Source: an uncultured Alphaproteobacteria bacterium
GTDB lineage: Bacteria > Pseudomonadota > Alphaproteobacteria > Puniceispirillales > UBA1172
Assembly (NCBI GenBank): GCA_937952245.1
Contig: CALFYS010000117.1
Span: forward strand, 25,544 to 89,543
DNA: 64,000 bases
Direction: 5' to 3'
Position numbers and translations under genes: made by a program
The notes under the pieces: model-generated
The model's database searches: none
What the model was told of the DNA's origin: nothing
The model's input: the letters and a program-made list of their open reading frames with translations, nothing else
Part shown: in pieces, positions 9,640 through 19,299 of the stretch
How positions within the stretch are numbered: the first letter of the stretch is position 1
Layout: every line of letters begins with the position of its first letter

Positions 9640-10569
9640 ATGCCGAAAAAAATCGCGATAGAACAAGGCGGCTGGCCTCTCTTTAAAGCCAATTTAGTGG
9701 TGACGCTGGCCATGGTGCTGTTTTCCTTCAGCCTGCCTATTTTGGAAATCATGGCCGATGATTATTCCGTCACCGCTTTGGTGGTGATCCGCAATATTCT
9801 TTCGGGTGGATTTTTATTGGCGCTGGGGTTGTTGGTTGAACGCCACCACCGCTTGTCGCCTTCGGGTTGGCGTCATGCCATCACCGCTGGCGGGTTTTGG
9901 TATCTCGTCACCATGATTTGCCTAACATACGCGGTGGTGTTCACCGGCGCCTTTGCCACGGCGGTGATCTTATCCCTGATCCCTGTTGTTTCGGCGGTGA
10001 TTGACGTGATCACCGGACAAGACCGCATTGGCCCAAGGCTGGCCACGGCTTTGGTGGTTTCCATCAGCGGCGGTGTTTTGGCATCGGTGGGGTTTGATAC
10101 TTCCGCCAGCATGGCCATCGGCTTTGGTGAGCTCATGCTTTTCCTTGGGGTGACGTCATGGGTGATGATGTCCCGTTATGTTGATCAGAACATGGCGGAT
10201 GAACCGCCGATTACAGGCCTTGGGGTGATTATTCTTCTGCCTGGGTTGATGCTGACGGTGGTGATGATTGGCCTTGAGGTCACTGAGATTGAAACCTCTG
10301 GCTTGATGGCCAGCCTTTCAGCTGAAGACCTGATGTTGATGTTGTTTTTAGGGATCGTATCATCGGCGGGGTCAATGGTGTTCTGGTTTAAGGGCGTGTC
10401 CTTATTGGGCGTGACCATCGCCAGTTTGCAACAAAATCTGGTGCCTGTTCTTGTCTTGGTGCAAGTCACGATACTGGGTCAAGACTTGGATCCGGTTAAA
10501 ATCTTTGGCGGTGTTTTGGTGGTCATGGGGGCGTTGATTGCCCAGATTAGGAAAATAAAACCAAATTAA
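9640..10569 (+). CDS. DMT superfamily transporter (EamA family)
   Basis: About 10 TM segments, 309 aa. GAGGGG lies upstream of the ATG. Confidence 0.75.
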   Translation: MPKKIAIEQGGWPLFKANLVVTLAMVLFSFSLPILEIMADDYSVTALVVIRNILSGGFLLALGLLVERHHRLSPSGWRHAITAGGFWYLVTMICLTYAVVFTGAFATAVILSLIPVVSAVIDVITGQDRIGPRLATALVVSISGGVLASVGFDTSASMAIGFGELMLFLGVTSWVMMSRYVDQNMADEPPITGLGVIILLPGLMLTVVMIGLEVTEIETSGLMASLSAEDLMLMLFLGIVSSAGSMVFWFKGVSLLGVTIASLQQNLVPVLVLVQVTILGQDLDPVKIFGGVLVVMGALIAQIRKIKPN

Positions 10570-10618
10570 TTCAATTGGGTGGTTTGAAAATCCCATCATT
10601 TTGGTGCATAACATCACC

Positions 10619-12130
10619 ATGATGACTGATCCTAAAAACATAATTAAAGCCCTCCAAGAAAGCCGCGATCAACACAAGGTTGATGCGGCGATGCTGACAA
10701 CACGATTAATGACGCCGGAGACCGCTGGCCATATGGTCATGGGTCTTGATGATATGAGCGTTGATTTCAGCCGCCAGACCATCACCGATGATCAATGGCA
10801 AATGCTGGTGGATTGGGCGCAATATATTCTGCCGAAACGGGACGCGATGCTGGCGGGGGAAATCGTCAATATCAGCGAAAACAGACCGGCGCTTCATGCC
10901 CATCTGCGCAACCCTGATGAACAAATGGCACGCGATAATCTCGATGCCATGGCCGCCATGACTGAAAATATACTGGCGCTTGGGGTTGAAGATGTGGTTG
11001 CGATTGGGATCGGCGGGTCATATCTGGGGCCGAAAATGGCGGTTGATGCGTTGGCGCCGTTCCATCAAGGGCCTGATGTTCATTTTGTCAGCAATATCGA
11101 CCCGTCCCATCTTGATGATCTGCTGGCAGGTTTAAACCCTGTGACAACAGCGGTGATCGCCATATCAAAAACATTCACCACGACTGAAACCTTAATGAAT
11201 TTGACCGCGGCGGAAGCTTGGTTTGAACGCGGCGGCGTGGCCTCAAAAGGGCGGGTGATCGCTGTTACGTCACGCCCTGATGTTGCCGAAGAACGCGGGA
11301 TTGATGCCCATTTGGTCTTGCCCATGGATGAAGGTGTTGGCGGGCGGTTTTCTTTATGGTCAGCGGTGGGCTTGCCGATCATGGTGGCGGTTGGGGCTGA
11401 AATGTTCACCGCGATGATCGCCGGCGCAAGCCAGATGGATGACCATTTTGCCCATGCTGATATTGCTGAAAATATGCCGATTATGGCGGGGATGGTCAGG
11501 GTTTGGAACCGCGCCTTTTTAGGCCATAGCGGTTTGGCGGTGATCCCCTATGACCAGCGGTTGAATTTATTGCCATCATGGTTGCAGCAATTGGAAATGG
11601 AATCAAACGGCAAGGCTGTCACCGCAACGGGTGAGCCGCAAGAGCTGGCAACATCACCGATTGTTTTTGGTGAGGCGGGCAGCAATGTTCAACATTCCTT
11701 TTTCCAGATGATCCATCAATCGAATGATCTTATTCCTGTCGATTTTCTCGCGCCATTAGACCCGGTGTCATTAGTGGGGGATGCCACCCATGACACCATG
11801 ACGCGGCATCGGGATTTGATTGTGCAAATGTTGGCGCAGGCCGATTGTTTGGCGCAAGGGGATCAAGCCCGTGGTTTCACCGGTGGGCGGCCTTCTTCTG
11901 TTGTCACCTGGGGTGAGACGACGCCATATTCCTTGGGGCGGGTGCTGGCCTATTATGAGCATATCACCGCGGTCAGCGGCTGGTGCCTTGATCTCAATAG
12001 TTTTGATCAGCCCGGGGTTGAATTGGGCAAAATTCTTGCCCGTGATTATCAGGCCTATTTGGATGATGGCAGGGGGGCGGAAAACATCCCGCCCGCCAGC
12101 CGATTAATCCTTGATCGTTATCAGGATTAA
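10619..12130 (+). CDS. pgi: glucose-6-phosphate isomerase
   Basis: GIGGSYLGP, ISKTFTTTET, GGRFSLWSAVGL, MESNGK and FDQPGVELGK motifs. The first ATG of the ORF is at 10619 (the ORF opens at TTG 10601). Confidence 0.9.
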   Translation: MMTDPKNIIKALQESRDQHKVDAAMLTTRLMTPETAGHMVMGLDDMSVDFSRQTITDDQWQMLVDWAQYILPKRDAMLAGEIVNISENRPALHAHLRNPDEQMARDNLDAMAAMTENILALGVEDVVAIGIGGSYLGPKMAVDALAPFHQGPDVHFVSNIDPSHLDDLLAGLNPVTTAVIAISKTFTTTETLMNLTAAEAWFERGGVASKGRVIAVTSRPDVAEERGIDAHLVLPMDEGVGGRFSLWSAVGLPIMVAVGAEMFTAMIAGASQMDDHFAHADIAENMPIMAGMVRVWNRAFLGHSGLAVIPYDQRLNLLPSWLQQLEMESNGKAVTATGEPQELATSPIVFGEAGSNVQHSFFQMIHQSNDLIPVDFLAPLDPVSLVGDATHDTMTRHRDLIVQMLAQADCLAQGDQARGFTGGRPSSVVTWGETTPYSLGRVLAYYEHITAVSGWCLDLNSFDQPGVELGKILARDYQAYLDDGRGAENIPPASRLILDRYQD

Positions 12131-12247
12131 TAGCGCATAAGGGCAGTCTTTTCAGGGCGAATATTATTTGTCATTTGATGGCAAAAAACATTTCCCTTTT
12201 ATTAAAATTTAGTCATGATCTTTTGTAAATTTGCGGAGGATCATGCC

Positions 12248-13135
12248 ATGAATACTGAGATTTTCATCACCTGTGCGGTTACAGGTTCAGGGGACACAAC
12301 ATCGAAATCTGATCTTGTTCCCGTCACCCCGAAAGAAATTGCAGAAAGCGCCATCGAAGCGGCAAAAGCAGGGGCGGCGATTGCCCATTGCCATGTGCGT
12401 GATCCTGAAACCGGCGCGCCAGCACGTGACCTTGAGTTATATCGTGAAGTGGTTGATCGCATCCGGTCTTCTGATACCGATGTGGTGATTAACCTGACGG
12501 CAGGGATGGGCGGCGATATTATTATCGGTTCCGCCGAAGCCCCGCTGCCCTTGGATGGCTCAACCGATATGGTGGGGGCATCTGTTCGGACAGAACACGT
12601 TCGCGAATTATTGCCTGAAATCTGCACCCTTGATTGCGGAACGATGAACTTTTCCCATGGCGATTACATCATGGCCAACACGCCGTCTATGTTGCGCGCC
12701 ATGGCCAAGCAAATGCAGGACGCGGGCGTGCGCCCTGAAATTGAAGTCTTTGATACAGGGCATTTGGTCTTGGCCAAGGATTTGGTCAAAGAAGGCCTGA
12801 TTGATGATCCGGTTCTGGTGCAATTGTGCATGGGCATTCCTTACGGCGCGCCTGATGACATTAATTCCTTGATGGCCTTGGTTAATAATATGCCGGAAGG
12901 CTGGATTTATTCGGCGTTTTCCATTGGCCGTGGGCAGTTGCCCTACGCCGCGCTTGCCCCGATCACGGGCGGCAATGTGCGGGTTGGCTTGGAAGATAAT
13001 ATCTATCTTTCACGCGGCAATCTGGCGACCAACGCCCAATTGGTTGAACGTGCGGTGACCATCAATGAAGCCATGAATATTAAAATCATGACGCCTGAAG
13101 ATGTTCGCGCCAAATTGAAATTGAAAAAACGGTAA
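12248..13135 (+). CDS. beta-keto acid cleavage enzyme (BKACE/DUF849), putative dehydrocarnitine cleavage enzyme
   Basis: N-terminal IFITCAVTGSGDT and HCHVRDPETG motifs of the 3-keto-5-aminohexanoate cleavage family. GGAGGA lies 7 nt before ATG 12248. The gene is immediately followed by a carnitine dehydrogenase-like gene. Confidence 0.8.
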   Translation: MNTEIFITCAVTGSGDTTSKSDLVPVTPKEIAESAIEAAKAGAAIAHCHVRDPETGAPARDLELYREVVDRIRSSDTDVVINLTAGMGGDIIIGSAEAPLPLDGSTDMVGASVRTEHVRELLPEICTLDCGTMNFSHGDYIMANTPSMLRAMAKQMQDAGVRPEIEVFDTGHLVLAKDLVKEGLIDDPVLVQLCMGIPYGAPDDINSLMALVNNMPEGWIYSAFSIGRGQLPYAALAPITGGNVRVGLEDNIYLSRGNLATNAQLVERAVTINEAMNIKIMTPEDVRAKLKLKKR

Positions 13136-13140
13136 GCGAT

Positions 13141-14616
13141 ATGAGCATGATCAAAAAAGCCGCGGTTGTTGGTGGCGGCGTTATCGGCGGCGGTTGGGCG
13201 GCACGGTTGGTGCTGGCAGGTGTTGATGTTGCGGTGGCTGATCCTGATCCTGATGCCAAGCGCAAATTGGACGCGATCATGGCGAACGCGGAACGCGCCA
13301 TGGCGCGGCTTTGGCCGGGGCAAACCTTGGGCAACGCTGGCCGTTTGACCTATGAAAAATCAATTGGTGATGCGGTTGCGGGGGCTGATCTGGTGCAGGA
13401 ATCCGCGCCGGAACGTCTTGATCTGAAAAAACGAATTCATCAAGAAATTGGTGAAGCGGCCTCAGATGATGTGGTTATCGGCTCATCAACCTCGGGGTTA
13501 TTGCCAACTGAAATCCAAGCCGATATGCCAAGGGCTGATCGGATGATGGTGGCGCATCCTTATAACCCTGTTTATCTCTTGCCCGTGGTTGAGATTGTCG
13601 GCGGTGAACAAACATCAAGCGCCGCCATCACCAAAGCCATGGAGCTTTACGCCAGCATTGGGATGAAGCCTGTTCATCTGCAAAAGGAAATTGACGCTTT
13701 TGTGGGGGATCGTTTGCTGGAGGCCATGTGGCGCGAAAGCCTGTGGCTGATCAAAGATGGCATCGCCACGGCGGAAACGATTGATGATGTTGTGCGCTAT
13801 GGGCTTGGGTTGCGCTATGCCCAAATGGGGCAGTTCATGACCTATCGCTTGGGCGGTGGTGAAGCTGGTGTTCGTCATTTCTTGGAACAGTTTGGCCCTT
13901 CCCTGCAATGGCCTTGGACCAAATTAATGGATGTTCCTGAATGGAATGATGAGCTGATTGATATGATCGCCACCCAAAGTGATGATCAAGCCAAAGGCAA
14001 ATCAATCGCCGAATTGGAAGAAATTCGCGATAACAATTTGGTGGATATTCTGAAAGCCCTGAAAGCTAATGATTGGGGGGCTGGGGCGCTTATTCAAAAC
14101 CCCGCCGAAGAAAGCGTTAAATCCGGCAATAATGATTTGCCCGAAGGCAAGGTGCTGGAAACATGGTCCGGTGTTGTTGATCAGTCTTGGACAGATTACA
14201 ACGGCCATATGACGGAGTTCCGCTATCTGGAAGTGTTCAGCATGGCAACGGATCGCTTGTTGGTCTGGATTGGCGGCGGCCCTGCTTATGTCGAAACCGG
14301 CGCGTCATGGTACACGATTGAAACCCATATCAAGCATCTCGATGAAGTGGCGGCGGGAAAACCGATGCGGGTGGAAACCCAATTGGTTCAGCATGATGAT
14401 AAACGCATCCATCTGTTCCACCATCTTTATGGTGTGGAAAAGGGCAATCTGCTGGCCACGGGTGAGCATATGTTGATGCACGTGGATATGACGGAAGGGC
14501 GGTCCAGCGTCATGCCCGATGCCATGAAATCCATGTTGGATGTGATCGCGGATCGGCAATCGGATCTGCCCAAGCCTGACGCGGCGGGGGCGGCGATTGG
14601 CCTCAGAAAAAAGTAA
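13141..14616 (+). CDS. lcdH: L-carnitine dehydrogenase (3-hydroxyacyl-CoA dehydrogenase fold) fused to a C-terminal hotdog thioesterase domain (putative betainyl-CoA thioesterase)
   Basis: The NAD motif AAVVGGGVIGGGWAARL and an HCDH-like core span about 320 aa. An extra C-terminal segment of about 150 aa (WTDYNGHMTEFRYLEVF...) resembles 4HBT thioesterases. Operon context includes BKACE and CaiD. Confidence 0.7.
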   Translation: MSMIKKAAVVGGGVIGGGWAARLVLAGVDVAVADPDPDAKRKLDAIMANAERAMARLWPGQTLGNAGRLTYEKSIGDAVAGADLVQESAPERLDLKKRIHQEIGEAASDDVVIGSSTSGLLPTEIQADMPRADRMMVAHPYNPVYLLPVVEIVGGEQTSSAAITKAMELYASIGMKPVHLQKEIDAFVGDRLLEAMWRESLWLIKDGIATAETIDDVVRYGLGLRYAQMGQFMTYRLGGGEAGVRHFLEQFGPSLQWPWTKLMDVPEWNDELIDMIATQSDDQAKGKSIAELEEIRDNNLVDILKALKANDWGAGALIQNPAEESVKSGNNDLPEGKVLETWSGVVDQSWTDYNGHMTEFRYLEVFSMATDRLLVWIGGGPAYVETGASWYTIETHIKHLDEVAAGKPMRVETQLVQHDDKRIHLFHHLYGVEKGNLLATGEHMLMHVDMTEGRSSVMPDAMKSMLDVIADRQSDLPKPDAAGAAIGLRKK

Positions 14617-14652
14617 AATGTTAAGATTAAGGTTATCACTGGAGAGTGGATC

Positions 14653-15813
14653 ATGCAGTTTGGATTGACCGAAGAACAAGAAATGATCGTCGATACCGTT
14701 CGGTCTTTTGTGGAAAATGAAATTTATCCGCTTGAAGATCAAATTGAACGTCTTGGCGAAGTGCCGAAAGAGATCGCCGATGAGATTAAATCCAAGGTCT
14801 TGGGTATGGGGTTTTACGCGCCGAATTTCCCTGAAGAGGTTGGCGGCGGCGGTTTGAACCATTTGGAGTTCGCTTTGCTGGAACGTGAGTTGGGTCGAGG
14901 TTCAATGGCGTTGACTCATTTCTGGGGGCGGCCGCAAAATATCTTGATGGCTTGCGAAGGCGAACAGCGTGAAAAATATCTCTTGCCAGCGGTGCGAGGT
15001 GAGCGGATGGACGCGCTGGCCATGACCGAACCTGATGCGGGGTCAGATGTCCGCGGGATGAAAACAACCGCCCGCCGTGATGGTGACGATTGGATTTTAA
15101 ACGGCACCAAGCATTTTATTTCCGGCGCGGCTCATGCGGATTTTGTCATTGTCTTTGTCGCCACAGGGGAAGACATGACCGATAAAGGCCCGAAAAAGCG
15201 GATCACCTGTTTTCTGGTGGATCGTGGGCATCCCGGGTTTGAAATCAGCCATGGGTATCATTCGGTCTCGCATCGCGGCTATGACAATATGGTGCTGAGC
15301 TTTGATGATTGCCGCCTGCCCAATAGTCAGGTCTTGGGCGAAGTTGACGGCGGTTTTGATGTCATGAACACTTGGCTTTATGCAACACGGATTACGGTGG
15401 CCGCCATGTGTGTGGGGCGTGCCCGCCGTGTCTTGGATATTGCCACCCAATATTGTGTTGACCGCAAGCAATTCGGCCAGCAGATCGGGAAATTCCAAGG
15501 GGTGAGTTTTAAACTGGCCGATATGGTGACCGAAATTGACGCCGCCGATTGGCTGACCTTGGCATCGGCATGGCGGCTTGATGAAGGGCTTGAAGCCAAT
15601 CGCGAGATTGCATCGGCGAAACTTTATGCCTCTGAAATGCTGGCGCGGGTGACGGATGAAGCGATACAAATCCACGGCGGGATGGGGCTGATGGCTGATC
15701 TGCCGCTGGAACGGTTCTGGCGCGATGCGCGGGTTGAACGGATTTGGGATGGCACATCTGAAATTCAGCGTCATATCATTAGCCGTGATATGTTGCGCCG
15801 CCTCGGTGGTTAA
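14653..15813 (+). CDS. acyl-CoA dehydrogenase (candidate gamma-butyrobetainyl-CoA dehydrogenase, CaiA-like)
   Basis: Acyl-CoA dehydrogenase family with TEPDAGSD and QIHGGMG...ERFWRDARVERIWDGTSEIQ motifs. 386 aa. Confidence 0.8.
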   Translation: MQFGLTEEQEMIVDTVRSFVENEIYPLEDQIERLGEVPKEIADEIKSKVLGMGFYAPNFPEEVGGGGLNHLEFALLERELGRGSMALTHFWGRPQNILMACEGEQREKYLLPAVRGERMDALAMTEPDAGSDVRGMKTTARRDGDDWILNGTKHFISGAAHADFVIVFVATGEDMTDKGPKKRITCFLVDRGHPGFEISHGYHSVSHRGYDNMVLSFDDCRLPNSQVLGEVDGGFDVMNTWLYATRITVAAMCVGRARRVLDIATQYCVDRKQFGQQIGKFQGVSFKLADMVTEIDAADWLTLASAWRLDEGLEANREIASAKLYASEMLARVTDEAIQIHGGMGLMADLPLERFWRDARVERIWDGTSEIQRHIISRDMLRRLGG

Positions 15814-15830
15814 GCCTGAAAGGTCTGGCC

Positions 15831-17921
15831 ATGCCTAACCCTAATCTTGCCCCTAACCCGACTTCATTTAATCAGGAGTCATTGCAGCGGCTGTTGCGGC
15901 CACGGCATATTGTGGTGATGGGTGGGCGCTGGGCGGAAGCGGTGATTGTCTCCTGCCTTGATATGGGGTTTGAAGGCGAAATCTGGCCTGTTCACCCCAA
16001 TAAGGCAGAGATTAACGGCATTAAAGCTTATCCCTCTTTGGATGCGTTGCCGGAACCGCCTGACGCGGTCTTCTTAGGGATTAACCGCCATGCCTCCATC
16101 GAGATGATCAAAGAATTATCCGCCATGGGCGCGGGCGGGGTGGTGGCTTTTGCCTCAGGTTTTGCCGAAGTCGATGATGGCGCGGATTTGCAACAAGAAT
16201 TGGTTGCCGCCGCTGGCGCTATGCCTGTGTTAGGGCCAAATTGCTATGGCATGATCAACTATCTGGACGGGGCGTTGTTATGGCCTGACGTGCATGGCGG
16301 GGCGCGGGTGGAGAGCGGGGTGGCGATCATCACGCAGTCATCAAACCTGTCGATTAACCTGACGATGCAAACCGCTGGCCTGCCGATTGCTTATATGCTG
16401 ACCTTGGGCAATCAAGCGATGATCGGCATGGCGGCCTTGATTGATGCGGTGGCGGCGGATGATCGGGTGACGGCCATTGGCCTTCATATTGAAGGCATCC
16501 GTGATGCTGATGTTTTTGCCGAAGCCGTCAAGACGGCAAAGGCGCGGGGCAAACCCTTGGTGGCGATTAAAGCAGGCGCATCCGAAGGCGCGCAGGCCAT
16601 GACCTTTTCCCATACCGCGTCTTTGGCGGGGGCGCATCGCGTGTCGCTGGCCTTCCTCAAGCGGCTCGGCATTGGCGTGATTGAAAGCGTGGATGGGTTT
16701 CTGCAAACCCTGTCTTTGCTGCATCTTTTTGGCAAGATTGACGATTCCAGCATCCTGACCTTGTCCTGTTCAGGGGGGGAGGCCTCATTAATCGCTGATA
16801 CGGCCGACCGCCATGGGCTGATCATGCCGCCGTTGAGCGAGCAGGCCAGCGATGCGATCAGGGCAACGGTGAACCCGCTGGTGACGGTCAGCAATCCTTT
16901 TGATTATCACACTTTTGATTGGGGGGATCGCGCCCGTTTAACGGCGACTTTTACCGCCAGTATGCAGGCCGACCAAGGGGTCAGTATTTTGATTATTGAT
17001 TTCCCACGGCAAGAATTGGGACGGGCTGATGATTGGCAATTGGCCATTGACGCTTGGTCAGATGCCCAGCAAGCAACAGGCAAGATCGCCGTGGTTCTTG
17101 CCAGTATGCCTGAATTGCTGCCGCCTCATATTGCCCATGATCTGGTGGCGCGAGGCATCGCGCCCCTGCGCGGGTTTGATGCGGGACTGTCGGCGATCGC
17201 CGCCGCCCATCAAGCCAGCCAGCCGAGTGATTACCATCCGATTGGGTTGAACCCTATTGATGCTGATGCTGAAATGGAAAGCCTTGGCGAAAAACAAGCC
17301 AAAACAGTGCTGGCCGAATTTGGTGTCGCGGTGCCAGACGGTATTTTGGCCACAAGCCTTGATGATGCGCTTTCTTTCGGGGAAGATAAAAATCTGGTGA
17401 TGAAAATCACAACTGTCGCCCATAAAACCGAAGAAGATGGGGTCAGGCTCAACATCAAGGGCAAAGAGGCGATTGCAAAAGCTTGGGAAGATTTATCGCC
17501 ATCAGGGCCTGTCTTGATGGAAGACATGATTGATGATGGTGTTGCCGAAGTGATTATTGGTGTGGCGCGGGATCCGTTATTGGGGCTTCATCTGGTGATC
17601 GGGATGGGCGGGATCTTAGCAGAATTGACCCGCGATACAGCCTTGGTGATGATGCCCGCGAGCCGCGATGATCTGTCGGATGCGATTGACAGCACCATGG
17701 TGGCGGCCTTGCTGGCGGGCTATCGCGGCAAGCCAAAAGGGGATCGCAAGGCGTTGATTGATCTGATCATGGCGGTGCAGGATTTCGCCATACAGCATCA
17801 AACAAGGCTGGTGGAAATGGATATAAACCCGGTGATGATCAGGCCAGAAAACCGTGATGGTAACGCTAAGCCGCAAGGCGCGGTCGCGGTTGATGCTTTA
17901 ATCCGCTGGGCAAAGTCATGA
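15831..17921 (+). CDS. ADP-forming acyl-CoA synthetase family protein (CoA-binding, succinyl-CoA ligase-like and ATP-grasp domains)
   Basis: The N-terminal CoA-binding domain reads PRHIVVMGG...IWPVHPN...IKAYPSLDALPEPPDAVFL. There is also a C-terminal ATP-grasp region. 696 aa. Confidence 0.75.
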   Translation: MPNPNLAPNPTSFNQESLQRLLRPRHIVVMGGRWAEAVIVSCLDMGFEGEIWPVHPNKAEINGIKAYPSLDALPEPPDAVFLGINRHASIEMIKELSAMGAGGVVAFASGFAEVDDGADLQQELVAAAGAMPVLGPNCYGMINYLDGALLWPDVHGGARVESGVAIITQSSNLSINLTMQTAGLPIAYMLTLGNQAMIGMAALIDAVAADDRVTAIGLHIEGIRDADVFAEAVKTAKARGKPLVAIKAGASEGAQAMTFSHTASLAGAHRVSLAFLKRLGIGVIESVDGFLQTLSLLHLFGKIDDSSILTLSCSGGEASLIADTADRHGLIMPPLSEQASDAIRATVNPLVTVSNPFDYHTFDWGDRARLTATFTASMQADQGVSILIIDFPRQELGRADDWQLAIDAWSDAQQATGKIAVVLASMPELLPPHIAHDLVARGIAPLRGFDAGLSAIAAAHQASQPSDYHPIGLNPIDADAEMESLGEKQAKTVLAEFGVAVPDGILATSLDDALSFGEDKNLVMKITTVAHKTEEDGVRLNIKGKEAIAKAWEDLSPSGPVLMEDMIDDGVAEVIIGVARDPLLGLHLVIGMGGILAELTRDTALVMMPASRDDLSDAIDSTMVAALLAGYRGKPKGDRKALIDLIMAVQDFAIQHQTRLVEMDINPVMIRPENRDGNAKPQGAVAVDALIRWAKS

Positions 17922-17928
17922 AAAGGAG

Positions 17929-18717
17929 ATGAACATGACGGATGTGATCAAAACAAAACGTGATGGCGCGGTGTTTGAAGTTGAACTTGATCGCCCGAAA
18001 GCCAATGCGATTGATCTGGCGACAAGCCGCCAAATGGGAGAGGTCTTCAAAGAATTTCGTGATGACCCTGAATTGCGGGTGGCGATTGTTAGCACCGCGG
18101 GCGAAAAGTTTTTCTGCGCCGGATGGGATTTAAAAGCCGCCGCCGATGGCGATGCGGTCGATGGTGATTACGGTGTTGGCGGTTTTGGGGGGTTGCAAGA
18201 ATTGCGCGGGCTCAACAAGCCGGTGATCGCGGCGGTTAATGGCATGGCTGTTGGCGGCGGATTTGAATTGGCCTTATCCTGTGACATGATCTATTGCAGT
18301 GACCATTCCAGTTTTGCCTTGCCGGAGATTAAAGCCGGAACCTTGGCGGACGCGGCGACGGTGAAATTGCCAAAACGTATCCCGCATCATGTCGCCATGG
18401 AAATGCTATTCACTGGCCGTTGGATGGATGCCAAGGAAGCCCATCATCATGGGTTGGTCAATGCTGTCATGCCGCAAGAAGAATTGATGGATCATGTCCG
18501 TTCCATCGCGCGTGATTTGGCGGCAGGCCCGCCATTGGTTTTCGCGGCGATCAAAGAGGTTGTTCGTGACGCGGAAAATCAAACCTTTCAGGATATGATG
18601 AACCGCATCACCAAAAGAAAACTGGCAACGGTCGATATTCTTTATGACAGTGAGGATAACTTGGAAGGGGCGAAAGCCTTTGCGGAAAAGCGTGACCCTG
18701 TCTGGAAAGGAAAATAG
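17929..18717 (+). CDS. caiD: carnitinyl-CoA dehydratase (crotonase family)
   Basis: By my recollection of E. coli CaiD, similarity runs end to end. Matching segments are LDRPKANAID, GEVFKEFRDDPELRVAI, GEKFFCAGWDLKAAA, FALPE and AFAEKRDPVWKG. Confidence 0.85.
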   Translation: MNMTDVIKTKRDGAVFEVELDRPKANAIDLATSRQMGEVFKEFRDDPELRVAIVSTAGEKFFCAGWDLKAAADGDAVDGDYGVGGFGGLQELRGLNKPVIAAVNGMAVGGGFELALSCDMIYCSDHSSFALPEIKAGTLADAATVKLPKRIPHHVAMEMLFTGRWMDAKEAHHHGLVNAVMPQEELMDHVRSIARDLAAGPPLVFAAIKEVVRDAENQTFQDMMNRITKRKLATVDILYDSEDNLEGAKAFAEKRDPVWKGK

Positions 18718-18748
18718 CCCTATATCATGATGACCCTTTTCATAATGA

Positions 18749-19291
18749 ATGAGCGTTATCATGACCCCCAATGTTAAAACCTTGATGAAGGCATTGCCTT
18801 TAAAATCCACAATCACCGCTGGTTGTTTGGCCATCAGCCTAGTCGCCTTGCCTCTGTTGAGCCCAGTGGTGGGGAGCAATCCACACGCGATGGCGGCGGG
18901 TGATTATTCATCAACACCTGCTGAATCAGCATTGATGAAAGCGGCGAAAAAAGACATTAAAAATAACGATTATCAATCGGCATTTGATCGCCTGATGGCC
19001 GGGATTGGGGCTGAGGCGAATAACGCCGATTTCCATAATTTATTGGGGTTTTCCGCCCGCAAAACAGGCCGCTATGAACTTTCGGAAAAGCATTACACCA
19101 AAGCCCTGTCGCTCAACCCAAAACACAAGCAAGCCATGGAATATATGGGCGAGTTATACCTAACGCTTGGCCAGATTGATCAAGCGGAAGCCCTGCGCGA
19201 GCGGTTGGATAAAGTCTGTTGGTTGGGCTGTAGTGAGCTGGATGATCTGGATAAAGCCATCCAAGATTGGAAATCAAAAAACCAATCGTAA
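18749..19291 (+). CDS. secreted tetratricopeptide-repeat protein
   Basis: Signal-peptide-like N-terminus (AISLVALPLLSPVVG..AMA) and TPR-like helices (HNLLGFSARKTGRYELSEKHYTKALSLNPKHKQAMEYMGELYLTLGQIDQA). Confidence 0.6.
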   Translation: MSVIMTPNVKTLMKALPLKSTITAGCLAISLVALPLLSPVVGSNPHAMAAGDYSSTPAESALMKAAKKDIKNNDYQSAFDRLMAGIGAEANNADFHNLLGFSARKTGRYELSEKHYTKALSLNPKHKQAMEYMGELYLTLGQIDQAEALRERLDKVCWLGCSELDDLDKAIQDWKSKNQS

Positions 19292-19299
19292 CGGCGTGA

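Noticed and set aside
15097-15774. A 225-aa minus-strand ORF inside the acyl-CoA dehydrogenase gene. Similar long antisense ORFs occur at 14305-14862, 30910-31641, 21790-22380 and 59712-60239.
   Set aside because: All are antisense to genes with strong family motifs, show no motifs of their own and have a biased amino-acid composition. They were treated as spurious.
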